64,000 nt of DNA, from contig CM120649.1 of assembly GCA_051362555.1 (NCBI GenBank), positions 1 through 64,000 of the forward strand. Reading direction: 5' to 3'. The notes under the pieces were generated by a model. It ran no database searches and was not told the DNA's origin. It saw only the letters and a list, made by a program, of their open reading frames with translations. Positions 62,401-64,000 of the stretch are shown here, piece by piece (within the stretch, counting starts at the first letter, position 1; each line of letters opens with the position of its first letter). The translations under genes and the position numbers were made by a program. This stretch comes from Lingula anatina. Lineage: Eukaryota > Animalia > Brachiopoda.

Positions 62401-64000
62401 TACAGATGCCAGAATGGGGAATGTATCGACGAGAAAGACAAGTGCAACTTTTTTAAAGACTGCTTAGACGGATCTGACGAAATCCCACAAATTTTGTGCC
62501 CCTATGAAAAGTGTTACTCTGGCAAATATTTAGCTCCTCAAAACGTGGACGATCGCTATCCAGATTGCTTTGGTGTGACACAAGAGGATGAGTCATTTTC
62601 AATGATTCCAGCAATTAAGCGCACGTGCTCGGATTGCGAAGATCGTTTTCGGTTATTCGGTAATTTATCTCTACCTTATTGTTCGAAGACAAATGAAATT
62701 AGATGCGCACCCGAACATGTTCGGTGTATTGATCGCCATCTGGCATGCGTTCACGACAAAATCAAGCACGAACGATTTCAAACATGCAGAGGATTTGAAC
62801 ATTTGCAAAACTGCGCCTGCTTTCAGTGTCCACACATGTACAAGTGTCCTGGCTCGTTTTGTGTCCCACTTCGACAGGTGTGCGACGGGGAGAAAGACTG
62901 TCCAAGAGGAGAGGACGAGACTGGATGTGCTAATTACACATTTCCTGGTAGTTTCAGGTGTAAAGGAGAACGGCAGTATCTGCACCAGGGCGAGGTTTGC
63001 AACGGTGTGGTCAACTGTGAATTTTCTGATGATGACGAAAGGTTCTGTGAAATAAAGACATGCCCTATGAACTGTTTCTGTAGTGGGTATTACGTAGACT
63101 GCACAGGAGGAAATGCATCCAAGGTACAGAATATATCGCCATTCACCAGAGGCCTTGCTTTTGGGGACAACAAACTTCATTTAACAAACAAAACGTTTGC
63201 AAGACATCATTTGCTTGTGAAACTTAATGTCAGTTCAAATGAAATCAATACCATTCCAATCAAGACATTTATTCATTTAAATAACCTATTAGAGTTGGAC
63301 CTACGCGGTAACAAATTGTCTTCTCTGCAGGCAAATACCTTCATTGGTTTGTTTAATTTGAAAACCTTGTTGCTAAGTGGAAACCCATTATCTATAATTT
63401 TCCCCGGCACGTTTGATGGTGTTTCGATCCTAAGTGCTTTAGACCTAAGTAAGCTTCATATCAATACCATTCATGCACATACATTTCAAGGATTAGACTC
63501 GTTGAAAAGTCTGAATATAAGTTTCAACAAAATATCCACGATAAAGGATGGTGCTTTTCATGATTTGCCCAAATTGGATACAGTTGATATGTCTGGGAAT
63601 GAGGGCGTCTTTGTCGAAAGTGAAGTTTTCGTAAATTTTTCAGCTAAAACATTAATAACAGACAGGTTTGAAATCTGTTGTCTCGCTGTTGGGAGAGTAA
63701 ACGAATGTTTACCCAAACCTGACGAATTTTCCTCATGTTCTGATCTGCTTTACGATAAGTTCTTACAAGTATCTGTCTGGGTTATGGGAATTCTTAGTTT
63801 GGTTGGTAACCTTTTTGTTTTTGTGAACAGACTACGTGAAAACAAAATGACCCCTCAAATATTTTTCATAGTTAACCTCTCAGTTTCTGATTTCCTTATG
63901 GGTGTATATTTGATTATAATCGCCTCGGTTGACAACCTCTACCGTGGGGAGTATTTTGTTCATTCCGAAGTCTGGACAGATAGTGTTTTATGCAAGACTG
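59442..64000 (+). CDS. GRL101: GRL101-type leucine-rich-repeat GPCR (CUB x2, CTLD x2, ~7 LDLa, LRRs, 7TM); 3' end outside the window
   Basis: Exon 1 59442 (or ATG 59481) to 60533: hydrophobic leader, CUB motifs (IRFTKFDLE..CDKDYVVI; VIFSSD..V.ATG), CTLD start (FEGNCY..TWSKAQIECERDSGHLVSI). Exon 2 from 61303 (HYYWTDG) reads open to the window end: LDLa repeats (CSQHQFGCEDGSCISSVNVCDGTSDCAEGEDEKNC etc.), LRRNT CPMNCFC, LRRs, hinge CC..CLPKPDEFSSCSDLL, TM1-2 (GNLFV; NLSVSDFLMGVYLIIIA). Confidence 0.92.
60603..60867. mobile_element. Hairpin MITE with ~95-bp inverted arms in the GPCR intron
   Basis: gagccgaggtctagtaaggccgcga...ggaagaccgcttaa is mirrored by ttaagcggtcttcc...tcgcggccttattagacctcggctc. 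Confidence 0.8.

Noticed and set aside
59865-63180. Alternative-frame and antisense ORFs overlapping the GPCR
   Set aside because: Explained by the long GRL101-type reading frame, which the ORF track misses after 61303 because it has no stop inside the window.

Overview
Left end of an animal chromosome, most likely a lophotrochozoan such as a mollusc (inferred from TTAGGG telomeres, a GRL101-type receptor, HINE-like repeats and mosaic CpG content). About 8.6 kb of (CCCTAA)n telomere runs almost directly into genes: (1) an intronless secreted 8-Cys peptide gene on the minus strand; (2) a 12-exon secreted protein with a duplicated Cys-rich module, a furin site, a (PPPTT)n mucin stalk and a C-terminal C-type-lectin-like domain; (3) a 30-exon strawberry-notch (SBNO) family helicase-like gene ending in a PIP-box-like motif and a UBZ4-type zinc finger, with a 458-bp near-perfect palindrome over its first exon; (4) a GRL101-type LGR GPCR running off the window end, with an inverted, deleted copy of its 5' end fused to a dead Tc1 transposase. 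MITEs are scattered throughout. The most striking feature is that at least 13 unrelated minisatellite arrays (39-104 bp units, 2-22 copies) are each built from an exon-intron junction. Each copies a splice donor or acceptor plus flanking exon sequence into the adjacent intron, and the exon-proximal copy keeps the reading frame intact. Exon coordinates and copy numbers were read by eye; both multi-exon models sum to whole codons.
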